DNA of 43,525 nucleotides, from positions 1 through 43,525 of IMG/VR virus record IMGVR_UViG_3300048597_000115; one strand, 5' to 3'. Shown here one piece after another: positions 24,970 through 35,256 of the stretch. This stretch comes from a virus. The first letter of the stretch is position 1; every line of letters starts with the position of its first letter. A program made the position numbers and the translations under genes. The notes below the pieces were generated by a model. That model did not search any database and had not been told where the DNA came from. It saw only the letters and a program-made list of their open reading frames with translations.

Positions 24970-26623
24970 CCTTTTTTCCCCGTTTTTTCATAAAGATTTT
25001 CAAAATGTTCTCGTCGCTCGGCTCTTGGTTGTTGCGCTCAAGGGAGCGAGCAATCTTCTCGCGCTCTTCATCTGGCACATCAATCTCAAGCTGCTCGTTA
25101 TCGCCACGCTCAAACTCAAACTTTTGTTTTTGAAAAAAGCCCATAAACCCAGAGTTGGGCACTGTGCCCTTGATCGTGAGCTCATCAACGATCGCTTGAA
25201 TCTCTTTGTTTGACGCTTTCTTTCCGGTTCTCTCTTGCATCACCATCACTTCTTCATCGACCTTACGACGAAAGAGAGCGGCGCGCTGAGCGTCTTTGGT
25301 TCCGGGCTTGGCGTCTGTTTTTATGCCAACATTTTTTAACGCATCGGCCACGATCATCGAGTCTGTGCGCCAACCATCAAGAATCTTCTCGGCACCTTTT
25401 GAGCCTGAGCGCAAATCTTTTTGAAGTCTTGTGAGCTCTTTAAACTCGGCGTCCGCAAGTTTCGTTTTGTATCGCAAAAGGTTTACGTTTTTAAACTCGT
25501 CTTTTGCCATCTTCTGAAAGCCGTAGTAAGTTTCCCAGTCCGTCTCTGTTCCCTTGCCTTTTAAAATATCGTTGATGATCTTGCGATCTTTGTACTTCAA
25601 GGCAACCATAAGGCCCGGTGGTGGCTCTTTTCTCTCTTCTGCGTATCGTGCAGCAGCTTCAAAGAGCCTGTCGTCGCGCTCGTCTTCGGCGCGCTTCTTC
25701 ATGGCGAAGTGATCTTTAATGTAGTCGGTGGCCTTGAGCCTGACTTCGGGATCCTCAATCTGTCTGGCTTGCTTGTACGCTTGATCGAGCGTGCCGCTCT
25801 TAGCGATGATCGAGTCACTGACTCTCATCCCCTCGCCACGAAGCCACCCCTCGTGGAGCGCTTCTTCTATTTTTTTAATATCTTTCCCAGTAAAATCTTC
25901 GCGCACTGTCTCGAAGTATTCTTTGGCATCCTTATCCATACCACCTGCAAGCATACGCTCAATCACATTGGTGTGAGTCTCACTTGCTGCTTCTTGGATC
26001 TTGAGCTTGATGTACTCGTTTGATAGCCCGTTGTTTTTTGCGTGAGTGTAAATAGCATTTTGCTGGCGATCTAACGCCAGCGCCACACGCTCGGGATCGT
26101 TGTAGCTAAGTGCCGCTGCGTTTCTCTCATTTGCAATAAAGCTCTCAACCGCTTCATCTTCATAGCTTTTCAGTTGGCCTGAGACGTGTTGATAGACTTT
26201 CTTGTGGATGTCGTTGTAGCGAGAGTCAGCGGCGACACGGAAAGCTGAGCGCTGCTCGTCGTTTGAAAAGTTCTTCTCGAGCTCATCGACTTTCTTTTTG
26301 TAAAGCTCTCTTGTTTTTTCGGGAGTCTGAAAAGAAAGCTCCCCGCGTTGATTAAGCACACCGTTTGTTGGATGATGCAAAAGCTCAGTCTCAAACGCTG
26401 AGAGCTCGCTGTCTGCTGAGAAAACTTTTGCAGTGTTGGCGCGTCGGATCTCAAGCCCGATCTGTTCCATTGCTGCTTTTCCCGCATCGGCGCTTGAAGC
26501 AAGGCGCCTCATCGTGGTTTCACCACCACCAAAAGAATCGAGGTTTGCCCCACCATCTGTGAGTCGTTGCTGTGGCGCTTGCGCTTGTTGTACTCTCGGG
26601 ATGTTTAAGGTTGGAACTCTCAC
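24956..26623 (-). CDS. internal virion (core) protein, gp15-position
   Basis: 555 aa, helical and charged. GTG start in a GTGA overlap. Call is by position between the gp14-like and giant genes. Confidence 0.5.
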   Translation of the reverse strand: MRVPTLNIPRVQQAQAPQQRLTDGGANLDSFGGGETTMRRLASSADAGKAAMEQIGLEIRRANTAKVFSADSELSAFETELLHHPTNGVLNQRGELSFQTPEKTRELYKKKVDELEKNFSNDEQRSAFRVAADSRYNDIHKKVYQHVSGQLKSYEDEAVESFIANERNAAALSYNDPERVALALDRQQNAIYTHAKNNGLSNEYIKLKIQEAASETHTNVIERMLAGGMDKDAKEYFETVREDFTGKDIKKIEEALHEGWLRGEGMRVSDSIIAKSGTLDQAYKQARQIEDPEVRLKATDYIKDHFAMKKRAEDERDDRLFEAAARYAEERKEPPPGLMVALKYKDRKIINDILKGKGTETDWETYYGFQKMAKDEFKNVNLLRYKTKLADAEFKELTRLQKDLRSGSKGAEKILDGWRTDSMIVADALKNVGIKTDAKPGTKDAQRAALFRRKVDEEVMVMQERTGKKASNKEIQAIVDELTIKGTVPNSGFMGFFQKQKFEFERGDNEQLEIDVPDEEREKIARSLERNNQEPSDENILKIFMKKRGKKDARY

Positions 26624-27168
26624 TTGGGCTTCCCTTCTTTACTCCACATCTTTCCACCACCTGCTTCATAGGCGCCATAAGCTCTTATGCCGCTTGCAAC
26701 ACCACTTGTGATCCCGGTGAGAAGTGTGTTTCTTGATTGATATTTTGACGTGATGTTTGCCACCTTCCCCTCGTGACGGAAGTTCGCAGCTTGCGCTTTA
26801 AAGCCCAGAGCTTCAAGTTTCGCGTTCGTTCTGATTGTGTCCATGTCCACTTCGCCCGTTGCTCTTGTGTCGTTCTGCACGTCAAACGCGCTCCCACGAG
26901 TGAAGTCTAAGCCTTGTGCCGCAAGCATCGTGCGCTGAGTGCCGATCACTTGCTCGATCTGTGAACGATAGCGGCTTGCTTGCACGCCACCGCGCTTGAT
27001 TGTGTCTTCTGCTTGAATCTCTGCAAAGCGGGCGTTAATGCCAGCAAGGTGCTCTTGATACTTTCCCCACTCGCGCTGCGCTCTTGATTGAGCATAGCCC
27101 CCAAGAATGGAGCCCAGAGCCTCTAGGCCAAACGCGCCCGTGTATGCGCCACTTTCTGTTAGTGCCAT
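26620..27168 (-). CDS. internal virion (core) protein, gp14-position
   Basis: 182 aa, Gly/Ala-rich ends. ATG behind AAGGGGGT SD. Directly after the gp12-like gene. Confidence 0.45.
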   Translation of the reverse strand: MALTESGAYTGAFGLEALGSILGGYAQSRAQREWGKYQEHLAGINARFAEIQAEDTIKRGGVQASRYRSQIEQVIGTQRTMLAAQGLDFTRGSAFDVQNDTRATGEVDMDTIRTNAKLEALGFKAQAANFRHEGKVANITSKYQSRNTLLTGITSGVASGIRAYGAYEAGGGKMWSKEGKPK

Positions 27169-27169
27169 G

Positions 27170-29794
27170 CTACCCCCTTATTGGAAAAAACCCGCTTGGC
27201 ATGATCGAGTTGATCGTCATTGGAAGCGGATCAACCTGTCTTATAAAAACCCCACCAAACCTTTTCCAATCCCCGCGAATCTTCACATCCACAACTTCTG
27301 TCTTGAGAGGTGGTGGATCATCATATCCATCGCTCACCTCTCTTGGCAGAATCTCACTCAGTCCATTAAGCCCACTTGTTGGCTCTTCTGTCCCCACCCA
27401 AAGACCACGAGTTTCAAAAACGTGCATGAAAGCCTCAGTCACAAGCGTCTTCTTATTAGCTAAAGATTCTCCACTCGGTGAATCGATGTCTAGTGTTTCA
27501 ATGTCTGAAATATAGGGAAGCCCAACGTGAATCTTCACATGGCACTCGGGGAGAGTGATCGCTCCACTTGTCACTGTCAGCGTCTCAAGGGACGGATTGT
27601 TGGGGCTTGCCACAACAAAACCATCTGCAAACACAGAGACAGCTTTCCCCTCGAGATGACTAAGACCCGATAGCTCATCAACCGCTTTTCCCCACGATGC
27701 CGTTGCTGTTGATCGTAGAGCCACCGGAACTGTTTTGTTCGCAATCACCGTCACCACCGTGGCGCTTGTGTAGCCCACGATCTCAAGACGTAAGCCGTCG
27801 CTCATGTGGATCTCGTTTCCAACATCGCCCGCAGCAAAGAACGAAGCGCTCGCCGTGAGAGTTAGTGACTCGCCAGATGTCCAGTTCGTGCCGCCCGAGA
27901 TGGTCATTGTTGTTGAGCCCGTGTTTGTTCCATCGTAAGAAAGCGAGCTATCCATAAAGATCGCATCCGTTACGTCATCGATATCTCGAGTGTGCAAGCG
28001 CTCAATGTATCTTTTCTCTACGCCATCTATCGTGCGCTTCACAACAAAGTAAACATTGTCCTCAAGCTCGCCGGGAATCACGGCCACGGACTCAAACGCC
28101 CCGTCTGTGTCGTGCTTCGTCCATCCCCAGATCTGGTGCTCGCGCACATACGTCAAAGAAAGAAGAACTCCGTCATCGCGAATAGCCCACACAATGGAGT
28201 GTGGCACTTTCTGAAACGCCCAATCCACTATCTGATAACCCTCAAAGAGATGGCTTGAAAAAAGAGAAAGCTCGTTCCCCTGATAGCCGTCCACTTGGAA
28301 GTCGTAAGAAAAATCTCTCACAATGTTCCCTCGCGCTTGCACATAGAGAACGTTTGAATCAACAACGAGAGGGGGAAGCTCACTTGAGCCATTGTATGAA
28401 TACTGCTTCGGATTGATCGCCGTGGGCGTGATGACCCCGTTATCGCCCTCGATCACCCACTCGCCTTGATCTGTGAACACCACAAGGCGACCAATATCCA
28501 CAACGTGTTTTATTTGCTGCGAAACTTTACCAGTCAAATAAAATGAAACGGGATCTGAGTCCACGCCGGGATTGCTCTCTGAGAAGTTATACGGGCATCC
28601 AACCTTGGAAAGATGAAGTGCGTTTGGATTGTTGCTTGATGCGCCTAAGACCATGCGCTGCTGAAAGAACCCAACCACGCTCGGATAGTCCCCCGGAGTG
28701 TCGGGGATCGAGATAGGCTTTGCCGCGCCAAAAACCGAATAAGTGCCAAAGGGCTCGCGTCTTAGCGGCGGAGTGGAGTTATAGTCTGGCGTTCCGGCGG
28801 GACTATCCACATAGTTTCCCCCGTCAACCTGACCCAAGAAACCATAAACGTTGTAGTTCGCTGAGCGCTTGTAAATGTTGTAAACGAACCCATCCGCAGC
28901 AGTGGGAAGCGTGAGCGTCGGCGTGGCCGATGCACTTCCAATCACAGAAGATGGCAAACTCTCTTCGCCCGTGATAAGTCTTACTTTCGTGACAACATAT
29001 CTTGCCGCAGTTCCCGCGCCACCAGAGATCGTAACTGTATCGTCAAACGTTGGCGGGCCAAAAACGTTGTAAGTGAAAAAACCGCTATTGTGATAAACAT
29101 CTGTCCAATACTGGACGTGTTTCTCTTCTGGGTGAGTGAAAGCAAACCTTCTTGCATAAAACCCAGTGACTTCTGTGTACTGCGCCCAGCGATAGTCAAA
29201 AAGTCGGCTCTCAACGAAAGTAAAGGGCCTTCTCTTGTAAGAGCGAATAGTACCGCCCGAAGTGTATGTTGAAAAACTTGTGGTGTTTATATCAACACCT
29301 GTTGTGAAGTTTTTTAAAATCAAGGTTGAGCCAGTAACATCGACAGTGTACCAACCGTCAACTTCTGTCATCCCGCCAACACCAGAAATAAAAACCCAAT
29401 CGCCGTCAGCTATGTTGTTAATGTTTCCAACCGAACTTGTTGGTGTTGTGTTAAACGTCACCACTCCGGGGCTTGCTTTAGTGATCCCCGTGATTGAAAA
29501 CGTCGCCCCTTGGAACACGTCACCAAAAAGAAAATAAAGCATATCTTTTTGCATCACGGCAACACTGTTGAGCTCTTCGCCAAACACTGCGGGGATCAGG
29601 CGCGCTTTACTTGTCGTGTTTAAAACCTCACCGATAAACTTCGTGCCCGGTCGATTCGACACGCCACCGTTTTTTCCGATGAAAACGTTCTTTGCCGTCT
29701 TCAATCCCGTAGCGTACTTTAAAAGATCCACACCAGAGTGAAGCGCTGGCGCAAGCTCCCCACCCGCAAATCGTCTTTGTGAAAGTAAACTCAC
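27170..29794 (-). CDS. tail tubular protein B / nozzle-like protein (T7 gp12 position)
   Basis: 874 aa. N-terminus RRFAGGELAPALHSGVDLLKYATGLKTAKNVFIGKNGGVSNRPGT is typical of podoviral tail tube B proteins. GTGA-coupled GTG start. Confidence 0.55.
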   Translation of the reverse strand: MSLLSQRRFAGGELAPALHSGVDLLKYATGLKTAKNVFIGKNGGVSNRPGTKFIGEVLNTTSKARLIPAVFGEELNSVAVMQKDMLYFLFGDVFQGATFSITGITKASPGVVTFNTTPTSSVGNINNIADGDWVFISGVGGMTEVDGWYTVDVTGSTLILKNFTTGVDINTTSFSTYTSGGTIRSYKRRPFTFVESRLFDYRWAQYTEVTGFYARRFAFTHPEEKHVQYWTDVYHNSGFFTYNVFGPPTFDDTVTISGGAGTAARYVVTKVRLITGEESLPSSVIGSASATPTLTLPTAADGFVYNIYKRSANYNVYGFLGQVDGGNYVDSPAGTPDYNSTPPLRREPFGTYSVFGAAKPISIPDTPGDYPSVVGFFQQRMVLGASSNNPNALHLSKVGCPYNFSESNPGVDSDPVSFYLTGKVSQQIKHVVDIGRLVVFTDQGEWVIEGDNGVITPTAINPKQYSYNGSSELPPLVVDSNVLYVQARGNIVRDFSYDFQVDGYQGNELSLFSSHLFEGYQIVDWAFQKVPHSIVWAIRDDGVLLSLTYVREHQIWGWTKHDTDGAFESVAVIPGELEDNVYFVVKRTIDGVEKRYIERLHTRDIDDVTDAIFMDSSLSYDGTNTGSTTMTISGGTNWTSGESLTLTASASFFAAGDVGNEIHMSDGLRLEIVGYTSATVVTVIANKTVPVALRSTATASWGKAVDELSGLSHLEGKAVSVFADGFVVASPNNPSLETLTVTSGAITLPECHVKIHVGLPYISDIETLDIDSPSGESLANKKTLVTEAFMHVFETRGLWVGTEEPTSGLNGLSEILPREVSDGYDDPPPLKTEVVDVKIRGDWKRFGGVFIRQVDPLPMTINSIMPSGFFPIRG

Positions 29795-30396
29795 TCGCGC
29801 CCCCTCACATACTCGCTCTGTGGATCCTCATCCACCTGCTCTTCGCGCTTGCTGTTGGCCATCGCGTTTGTGATCGTGTATCGATAAAAACTCATCGCTC
29901 GATCACCGAGCTTGAACGGATCACCCGCCGTGATTGCTGGTGCCACATACGTTGCAAGTTTAAATGAAAGCGCTAAAGCAAAGTCTGGCGGGAACTGCTC
30001 GGGATCATCCGGCACCACACTGTACTCGATCTCTGCATCTACTTGATCGCAGTAAATGATTTTTCCCGCATCGTCCGCTTCGATCTTATAACTGATTCTT
30101 GATTGTCGCGTGTCGTTTCTTACGCCACTTAATACCCGATCGACGCTCTCACAGTCAGAAGGATAACGATAAGCATAACCCCATTCAGCGTTAGGATCTG
30201 CACCAATAAGAGCGAGACTTGCACGGCGAACACAAAATGGCCATTTAAAATCTCTGATAACTTCTTTAAGAGTAAGGTCATAAAACTCCCTCAACACATC
30301 CGCCACCACTGACGTGTCTGTGTCTATGTTTGAAAGATATTTTGTTTGCCCTAAGTGAGCGAGAGCGAGATTGCAAATTGAAGTTTTTGTTGCCAA
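29791..30396 (-). CDS. tail tubular protein A / adaptor-like protein (T7 gp11 position)
   Basis: 201 aa. TTG start behind AGGGGGAAACC SD. N-terminus ICNLALAHLGQ...DFKWPF pattern. Confidence 0.45.
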   Translation of the reverse strand: MATKTSICNLALAHLGQTKYLSNIDTDTSVVADVLREFYDLTLKEVIRDFKWPFCVRRASLALIGADPNAEWGYAYRYPSDCESVDRVLSGVRNDTRQSRISYKIEADDAGKIIYCDQVDAEIEYSVVPDDPEQFPPDFALALSFKLATYVAPAITAGDPFKLGDRAMSFYRYTITNAMANSKREEQVDEDPQSEYVRGRE

Positions 30397-30408
30397 GGTT
30401 TCCCCCTA

Positions 30409-30747
30409 TTATTCAACACCCATTGAAACTGAAACAGAAGCGCCAGTGCCAGAGATTGATGTCACGTTGGCGCGTATATACTTCCACGCAGCACTTGCGA
30501 TGAAGCCATCGTTTACGACAGTCGTGCCAAGAGTTAAAGTGATGGTCCCTAAAAGAACCCAGTCTGTCGATGATGGTGAGTCAAAATTTGTGGCTTCGAT
30601 GTTCACACTCACCGCACCCACACCGTTTGTGGTTGAGCCTTTTGCGAGGAAAGTCATGTTGCGTGAACGTGGATTGTGGTGATTGCCAGTGCCAGTGGCC
30701 GTGGCTCCATTTAAAATTAAAACGCTTGTGTTGTTGCCTTTTAACAT
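30409..30747 (-). CDS. small beta-rich virion-module protein (112 aa)
   Basis: ATG behind GGGGGAACA SD. Thr/Gly/Ser/Val-rich. Lies between the head and tail genes. Confidence 0.45.
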   Translation of the reverse strand: MLKGNNTSVLILNGATATGTGNHHNPRSRNMTFLAKGSTTNGVGAVSVNIEATNFDSPSSTDWVLLGTITLTLGTTVVNDGFIASAAWKYIRANVTSISGTGASVSVSMGVE

Positions 30748-30798
30748 TGTTCCCCCGAAAAGTTAGAAGAGCCCCTCTCGAGGCCCCTCTGTTTTGGC

Positions 30799-31005
30799 TT
30801 ATAGCACGCCTTCGTCTTGACTGCGCTTGGCAGAAAACTTAGGGACACCCTTCGGCTTTGGCTTCTCAGCTTTCACCTCATAGCTTTCCTCGATCTTCTC
30901 CATCCACTGTGAAGAAAAATGCTTTTCGTTCTCAAGAACAAACTCATCCCCCTCATAGCGACGCTTTAGATCATAGTATCCCATGCGTGTTGCTTTAACT
31001 AACAT
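30799..31005 (-). CDS. hypothetical protein (68 aa)
   Basis: ATG behind AAGGGGGAAGT SD. Confidence 0.5.
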   Translation of the reverse strand: MLVKATRMGYYDLKRRYEGDEFVLENEKHFSSQWMEKIEESYEVKAEKPKPKGVPKFSAKRSQDEGVL

Positions 31006-31018
31006 ACTTCCCCCTTAA

Positions 31019-31447
31019 TTAAGAGATTGTGATGTTGTCAGCATAGCTTGTGTATGCTTGAACATCTTTAGTGATAAAAGCAGTGAAAGACCCAGTTGTA
31101 AGATCGCCACCACCGGGAGTGTACTTCAATCTTGCATAGCGAAGATTGATGTCATCTGGTGAAAGTTTTGCGATCTTTGTTGTTCCCGCAGCAGAAAGCG
31201 CAGAGAACGTAAACAAAGTCTTTGTTGAATCTGGTGTGAAAGTGGTCGTGCTATCGCCCTCAAGAGCCACGGCAAGAGTCGAATCACTCCCAGTATCCGT
31301 CATCGCTGTCGTACAAACAACAACAACGTAGAGGTTTTCACCCACGCCAATGTTGCGAACGGCAGACAGGTCGATTGTGTTTGTGCTTCCGGCGGCAGCA
31401 GTTACCGCTTGCTCGTCTGAAAATAAAAGTTGTGCATCTACGATCAT
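31019..31447 (-). CDS. capsid cement/decoration protein (Bbp16-like)
   Basis: Start moved to ATG 31447 behind AAGGAG SD (MIVDAQLLFSDEQAVTAAAGSTNTIDLS...). ~142 aa, directly downstream of the major capsid gene, ends ...YADNITIS. Pattern matches BPP-1/epsilon15-type cement proteins from memory. Confidence 0.55.
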   Translation of the reverse strand: MIVDAQLLFSDEQAVTAAAGSTNTIDLSAVRNIGVGENLYVVVVCTTAMTDTGSDSTLAVALEGDSTTTFTPDSTKTLFTFSALSAAGTTKIAKLSPDDINLRYARLKYTPGGGDLTTGSFTAFITKDVQAYTSYADNITIS

Positions 31448-31525
31448 TTTAAAACTCCTTTTTAAGTTTGTGTTTTCGTTTTCTAACCAAAGCGCCCACA
31501 AACAAAGCCATGAGCGCCCATGAAA

Positions 31526-32530
31526 TTACGATATTTGTGACTCTGTTTCGAGTAGAGCATCACAGATTTTCACTGGGATGTTACGGAAAGAGTATTGAAT
31601 CTGGCCATCAACGTTTTGAAGAGTGATACCACCACCACTGATCGCATCGTCGCGACGTTGAATGTCAAGCATTTGGAAAACAGTTCTGTTCATATAGAAC
31701 ACGGGTTTTCCCATCTTGATGTTTGGCACTCTGTGGATCATCTTAATCATCATCTCGATCAAATCAGCAGCAGATGACTTCGCCACCAAGTTTGAAATAT
31801 CGATGTTTGCGCCGCGAACAACATAGCGCCAGTCTTTAAGAGCCACACCGCAATCCCACTGCCACTGATCGCGATAAGCAACCATACGAGAGCCAGCGAT
31901 GCCAGCAGTTGTCTCAACCACCTGAGCGCCGTGATCGACGTGAGTCAAACCAGCTTTTGATCCTTTTGGAAAAATACCGAAAACGCTCTGAGCGCCCCAG
32001 CACACAAGCCAGATTGAAGACTGGTTTGAAGCGTCGGTGCCTGATCCGCTTACGATGTTCTGTCCGTTTGCCGCTGTCAAAGAGCTATAGCGAGCAGCAA
32101 GGCCCGTGAACTCTTCGGGTGCAGTTGAACTGTTTCCATAGAAAAGTGTTGATGCCATCTCTTGGTTCATGGACTCGATGAATGCTTGAGCTTCTGATAA
32201 ACGAAACGCAGAAGCGTTCCCATTTAAATCAGCTAAGCGCTTATCAACTTCGCTCCACGCTTCAAGCATCCCACACGCTTCGTCGATCTGCGCAGTGGTG
32301 CTCTTTGAAGGTTGAACACCTTGGTTCAACAAGCGCCATGCGACAGTGGGAAGGCCTGTGCGAACAGTCGTTCTGTGACCTGTTGGCAAGTTCCCTTCCA
32401 TCCACAACATATCGTCAAGGATCTCGTTTGTTTGTGAAAGAAGCTCCACGATCTTTGGAACTTTCCCGTCTGGGTCTAAACGTTTTGCCCAGTCTGCAAG
32501 TGTTAATACGTTACTTCCTAATGTTGCCAT
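31526..32530 (-). CDS. major capsid protein
   Basis: 334 aa. Strong AAGGGAG SD. Sits between scaffold and cement genes. N-terminus MATLGSNVLTLADWAKRLDPDGK resembles epsilon15/BPP-1-type capsid proteins. Confidence 0.75.
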   Translation of the reverse strand: MATLGSNVLTLADWAKRLDPDGKVPKIVELLSQTNEILDDMLWMEGNLPTGHRTTVRTGLPTVAWRLLNQGVQPSKSTTAQIDEACGMLEAWSEVDKRLADLNGNASAFRLSEAQAFIESMNQEMASTLFYGNSSTAPEEFTGLAARYSSLTAANGQNIVSGSGTDASNQSSIWLVCWGAQSVFGIFPKGSKAGLTHVDHGAQVVETTAGIAGSRMVAYRDQWQWDCGVALKDWRYVVRGANIDISNLVAKSSAADLIEMMIKMIHRVPNIKMGKPVFYMNRTVFQMLDIQRRDDAISGGGITLQNVDGQIQYSFRNIPVKICDALLETESQIS

Positions 32531-32545
32531 CTTAAACTCCCTTTT

Positions 32546-33205
32546 TTAGTTGTTATTTGTTGATCCGTAAAAAACTTCCTCGATGGGCTTTGGTGCCGAA
32601 GGTTGAGTGCCTGTCGTCACAAACTCATCGTCGCTCATCGCAAGCCCGATCTTGTGGAACGTCTTTACTAACAGCGGGTTATTGCCAAAGCCCGTCTCGT
32701 TCAAAAACTGTTTAAGCTCTTGAGGTGCGAAACGATCTAAAGCGCGGCGTGCAAGCTCTGTATTTTTTGTGAAAGCCTCACCACCAAACTCTTTGTCAGT
32801 TTTAAGCTCGTTCACCCAAGACTGGGTTTTCTGCTCGAGCATTTGTTTTTGAGACTCAACATAGGAACTTAAAAGAGTGTTATCTCTTTCAATCAACTTC
32901 TGAGCTTGTTCGTTCGTGAGCTTGAGTTCTTTTGCGTACTCGCTCACAGCTTGAACGTGCTTCTCGTCTATGAAAGCGTCATCGGGAAGTTTGAGGTTGT
33001 ATTCACTTGATTCAACCTGACCTTCCTTCTGATCTTTTGGCTCTTGTGTGGTTTCTTGTTTTGTCTCAGTTGGCGTTGTGGCCGCTTCTTTTCCCCCGCC
33101 GTAAAGCAGAGTCTCGGTGGAAGTGGTCGCACTTGCCGTCTGAGCATTTCCTTCACCCGCTTGAGTGTTAGTTTGAGCAGGTTGTTGGTTTACTGTTTCA
33201 GACAT
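32546..33205 (-). CDS. scaffolding protein
   Basis: 219 aa. Low-complexity Thr/Gln/Glu-rich N-terminus and helical C-terminus. Immediately upstream of the capsid gene. Confidence 0.6.
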   Translation of the reverse strand: MSETVNQQPAQTNTQAGEGNAQTASATTSTETLLYGGGKEAATTPTETKQETTQEPKDQKEGQVESSEYNLKLPDDAFIDEKHVQAVSEYAKELKLTNEQAQKLIERDNTLLSSYVESQKQMLEQKTQSWVNELKTDKEFGGEAFTKNTELARRALDRFAPQELKQFLNETGFGNNPLLVKTFHKIGLAMSDDEFVTTGTQPSAPKPIEEVFYGSTNNN

Positions 33206-33208
33206 ATC

Positions 33209-33508
33209 TTAGTTCCCCTTTTCTTTTGATTCGTTCATCATCAAGAGATATGCCTCTGGCATTGCCTCGTTGATGGTGTTTAATACTTTTAAGCCAATGT
33301 TTCTCTGACCCTCTAAAAAGAAAGTCTGAGAGTTTCCCGTAAAGCTCGTCTTGAAAACTCCACAGTCTGTGAGCAGCTTCCAAAAAACTCTTCGCCCCTG
33401 TTTCGTCTGCAAAAGAAAACGATAGTCGTCGAGCTCAATCTCGCTCTGCTGCTTCTCTTTTGCTTTCGCTGCCTTCACTTGCGTTTCATCTGTTCCGTTT
33501 GCTATCAC
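33209..33508 (-). CDS. small head-module protein (Bbp19-like)
   Basis: 99 aa. GTGA-coupled to the portal gene. GRRVFWKLLTDCGVFKTSFTGNSQTFFLEGQRNIGL pattern. Confidence 0.4.
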   Translation of the reverse strand: MIANGTDETQVKAAKAKEKQQSEIELDDYRFLLQTKQGRRVFWKLLTDCGVFKTSFTGNSQTFFLEGQRNIGLKVLNTINEAMPEAYLLMMNESKEKGN

Positions 33509-35256
33509 ACCGCCCCCTCAACAAGTTGGTTCGCACTCGCGGCAGAGATCATCTGAGTGAGCGCATTGTCTTCGTTTGTCTTTGCTTGTGAGAGATCTTT
33601 TGCAGTAGTCGCCATCTCTTTCATCATCATCGCTTGCTGCTGGGCTTGCTGCATCTGTGCGCGTCCCGCTCTGAGCTCTGCCACCGCTTCGTCCGCACGC
33701 ACAAGGCTTGGCGGCACGCTTGTGAGATCCCCATACACATCGATGAGTTGATCTGTGTCGATCTTATCAAGAGCCTCTGGGTTCACCTGCGCCACTTGTG
33801 TGACGAAGCCCGCAAAGCGCTCAACACCCGCGATCCCTAGAGATCTCTGCGCTTGGTGCATGATAGAAATATATTCCACCTTGAGTGGCATCCCTTGAAG
33901 CTCTTCGGGTGGTGGCGGGATGAGCTCTTGTCGAAGCATGATTTGAAAAGCGTTATCAATGAGAGGATCAAGAAGATCTTGATTTAACTGCTCAAGCACT
34001 GGGCCAAGAGCTAAGAGCTTCTCTTCGTGGCGCTCTTCGATCTCGCGTGCTGTGATCTGTCGTCTGTCGCTTGACGCAAGCATGAGAAAGAGATCTTCAA
34101 AAAACGCTCGTCTGATTCTATCGCGCACTTGGTTTTGTTTGAACTCGAGATCTTGAATGTTCGGGTTTACTTGATGGATCGGGCGAAGTCCCTGATCCGG
34201 ATTGAGTGCATCGATGTAAGTGATGTCCCCCGGAAGGAAAGACGCTGCCGTGTTTTTAAGGCTTGATGGCCCCTGCATTGGCGGCGTGACCATCTTCTCG
34301 ATCGCTTGAAGGATCCGCTTCTCCCCCAGTTGAAGTTGTTTAATATCGCCAAGAGCTTCCATCCCCGGACAGCTTGTGCCGTAAACATCCTCGCCTGTTG
34401 TTTCCCAGCGTGGGCAAAGAATCGGAAAGAAGTCATAGCCCTTTTCTGAGAGATAAACGTTCTCGTCTTGTCCTGAGTTGTAGCTTCCACCGTTTGTGCT
34501 AACGCCCTTCTCATAGTAACAGGACATAAAGCGCTTGTACTTTGACAACATCTTTCGCTCGTCAAAGTCTGGGTTTGGCTTAATAACATGAACCACATCA
34601 ATCCACTGCTCAAGCTGTTTTGAATCATAGAGATGCTTTACTTGTGTTGAAAAATTTGAAAGATCGTACTCGCCATTAGGTTTTTTCTTTCCAAAGCGCT
34701 GCAATAGCTGGCGCACGGTGAAGCGAAACTCTCTGACGAAAACGCGAACGCGGAGCTTGTCGTCATTTGCAATCGTGTATGATCCAATCGGGATCGACAT
34801 AAAACGAAAAACTTCTTCTGCGTCCTCTTCCATCAACATCGCAGCAGTGCCAAAGCCACCGATGTCGCCATAGATGGTGGGGAGAACGTTATAAAGATTC
34901 GATCGAAGAAACGCCGTGGACATAATGTTTGCCACATCGTGAAGCCACATCTTCACAGTGCCCGCTTCGGCAAGCATTTGATCGTGAACAGTGAGACGAA
35001 ACCAAGGACGGGCGGGGCTCGTTACACCACTCATCATGCCTGAGCGAAGGGTTCTTAAAGCTAAAGTCGCAGTGGAGTCGATGATCTTTTGGTTGCGCTT
35101 ATCGCCACGGTTCACGTCTGTGTTGTTGAAGCGCTGACGACGAGGAAGGATATGTTCTGAGAGATCGCGCCAGTGAGAAAGAAACGTTGAGCGCTCAAGC
35201 TCAAGCTGGCTTCTTAGGATCTCAAGTTCTTGGCGTTTCGTATAATGTTTCATCAT
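33505..35256 (-). CDS. portal (head-to-tail connector) protein, podovirus type
   Basis: 583 aa. N-terminus LSHWRDLSEHILPRRQRFNNTDVNRGDKRNQKIIDSTATLALRTL is typical of podoviral connector proteins. Position fits the packaging/head module. Confidence 0.8.
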   Translation of the reverse strand: MMKHYTKRQELEILRSQLELERSTFLSHWRDLSEHILPRRQRFNNTDVNRGDKRNQKIIDSTATLALRTLRSGMMSGVTSPARPWFRLTVHDQMLAEAGTVKMWLHDVANIMSTAFLRSNLYNVLPTIYGDIGGFGTAAMLMEEDAEEVFRFMSIPIGSYTIANDDKLRVRVFVREFRFTVRQLLQRFGKKKPNGEYDLSNFSTQVKHLYDSKQLEQWIDVVHVIKPNPDFDERKMLSKYKRFMSCYYEKGVSTNGGSYNSGQDENVYLSEKGYDFFPILCPRWETTGEDVYGTSCPGMEALGDIKQLQLGEKRILQAIEKMVTPPMQGPSSLKNTAASFLPGDITYIDALNPDQGLRPIHQVNPNIQDLEFKQNQVRDRIRRAFFEDLFLMLASSDRRQITAREIEERHEEKLLALGPVLEQLNQDLLDPLIDNAFQIMLRQELIPPPPEELQGMPLKVEYISIMHQAQRSLGIAGVERFAGFVTQVAQVNPEALDKIDTDQLIDVYGDLTSVPPSLVRADEAVAELRAGRAQMQQAQQQAMMMKEMATTAKDLSQAKTNEDNALTQMISAASANQLVEGAV

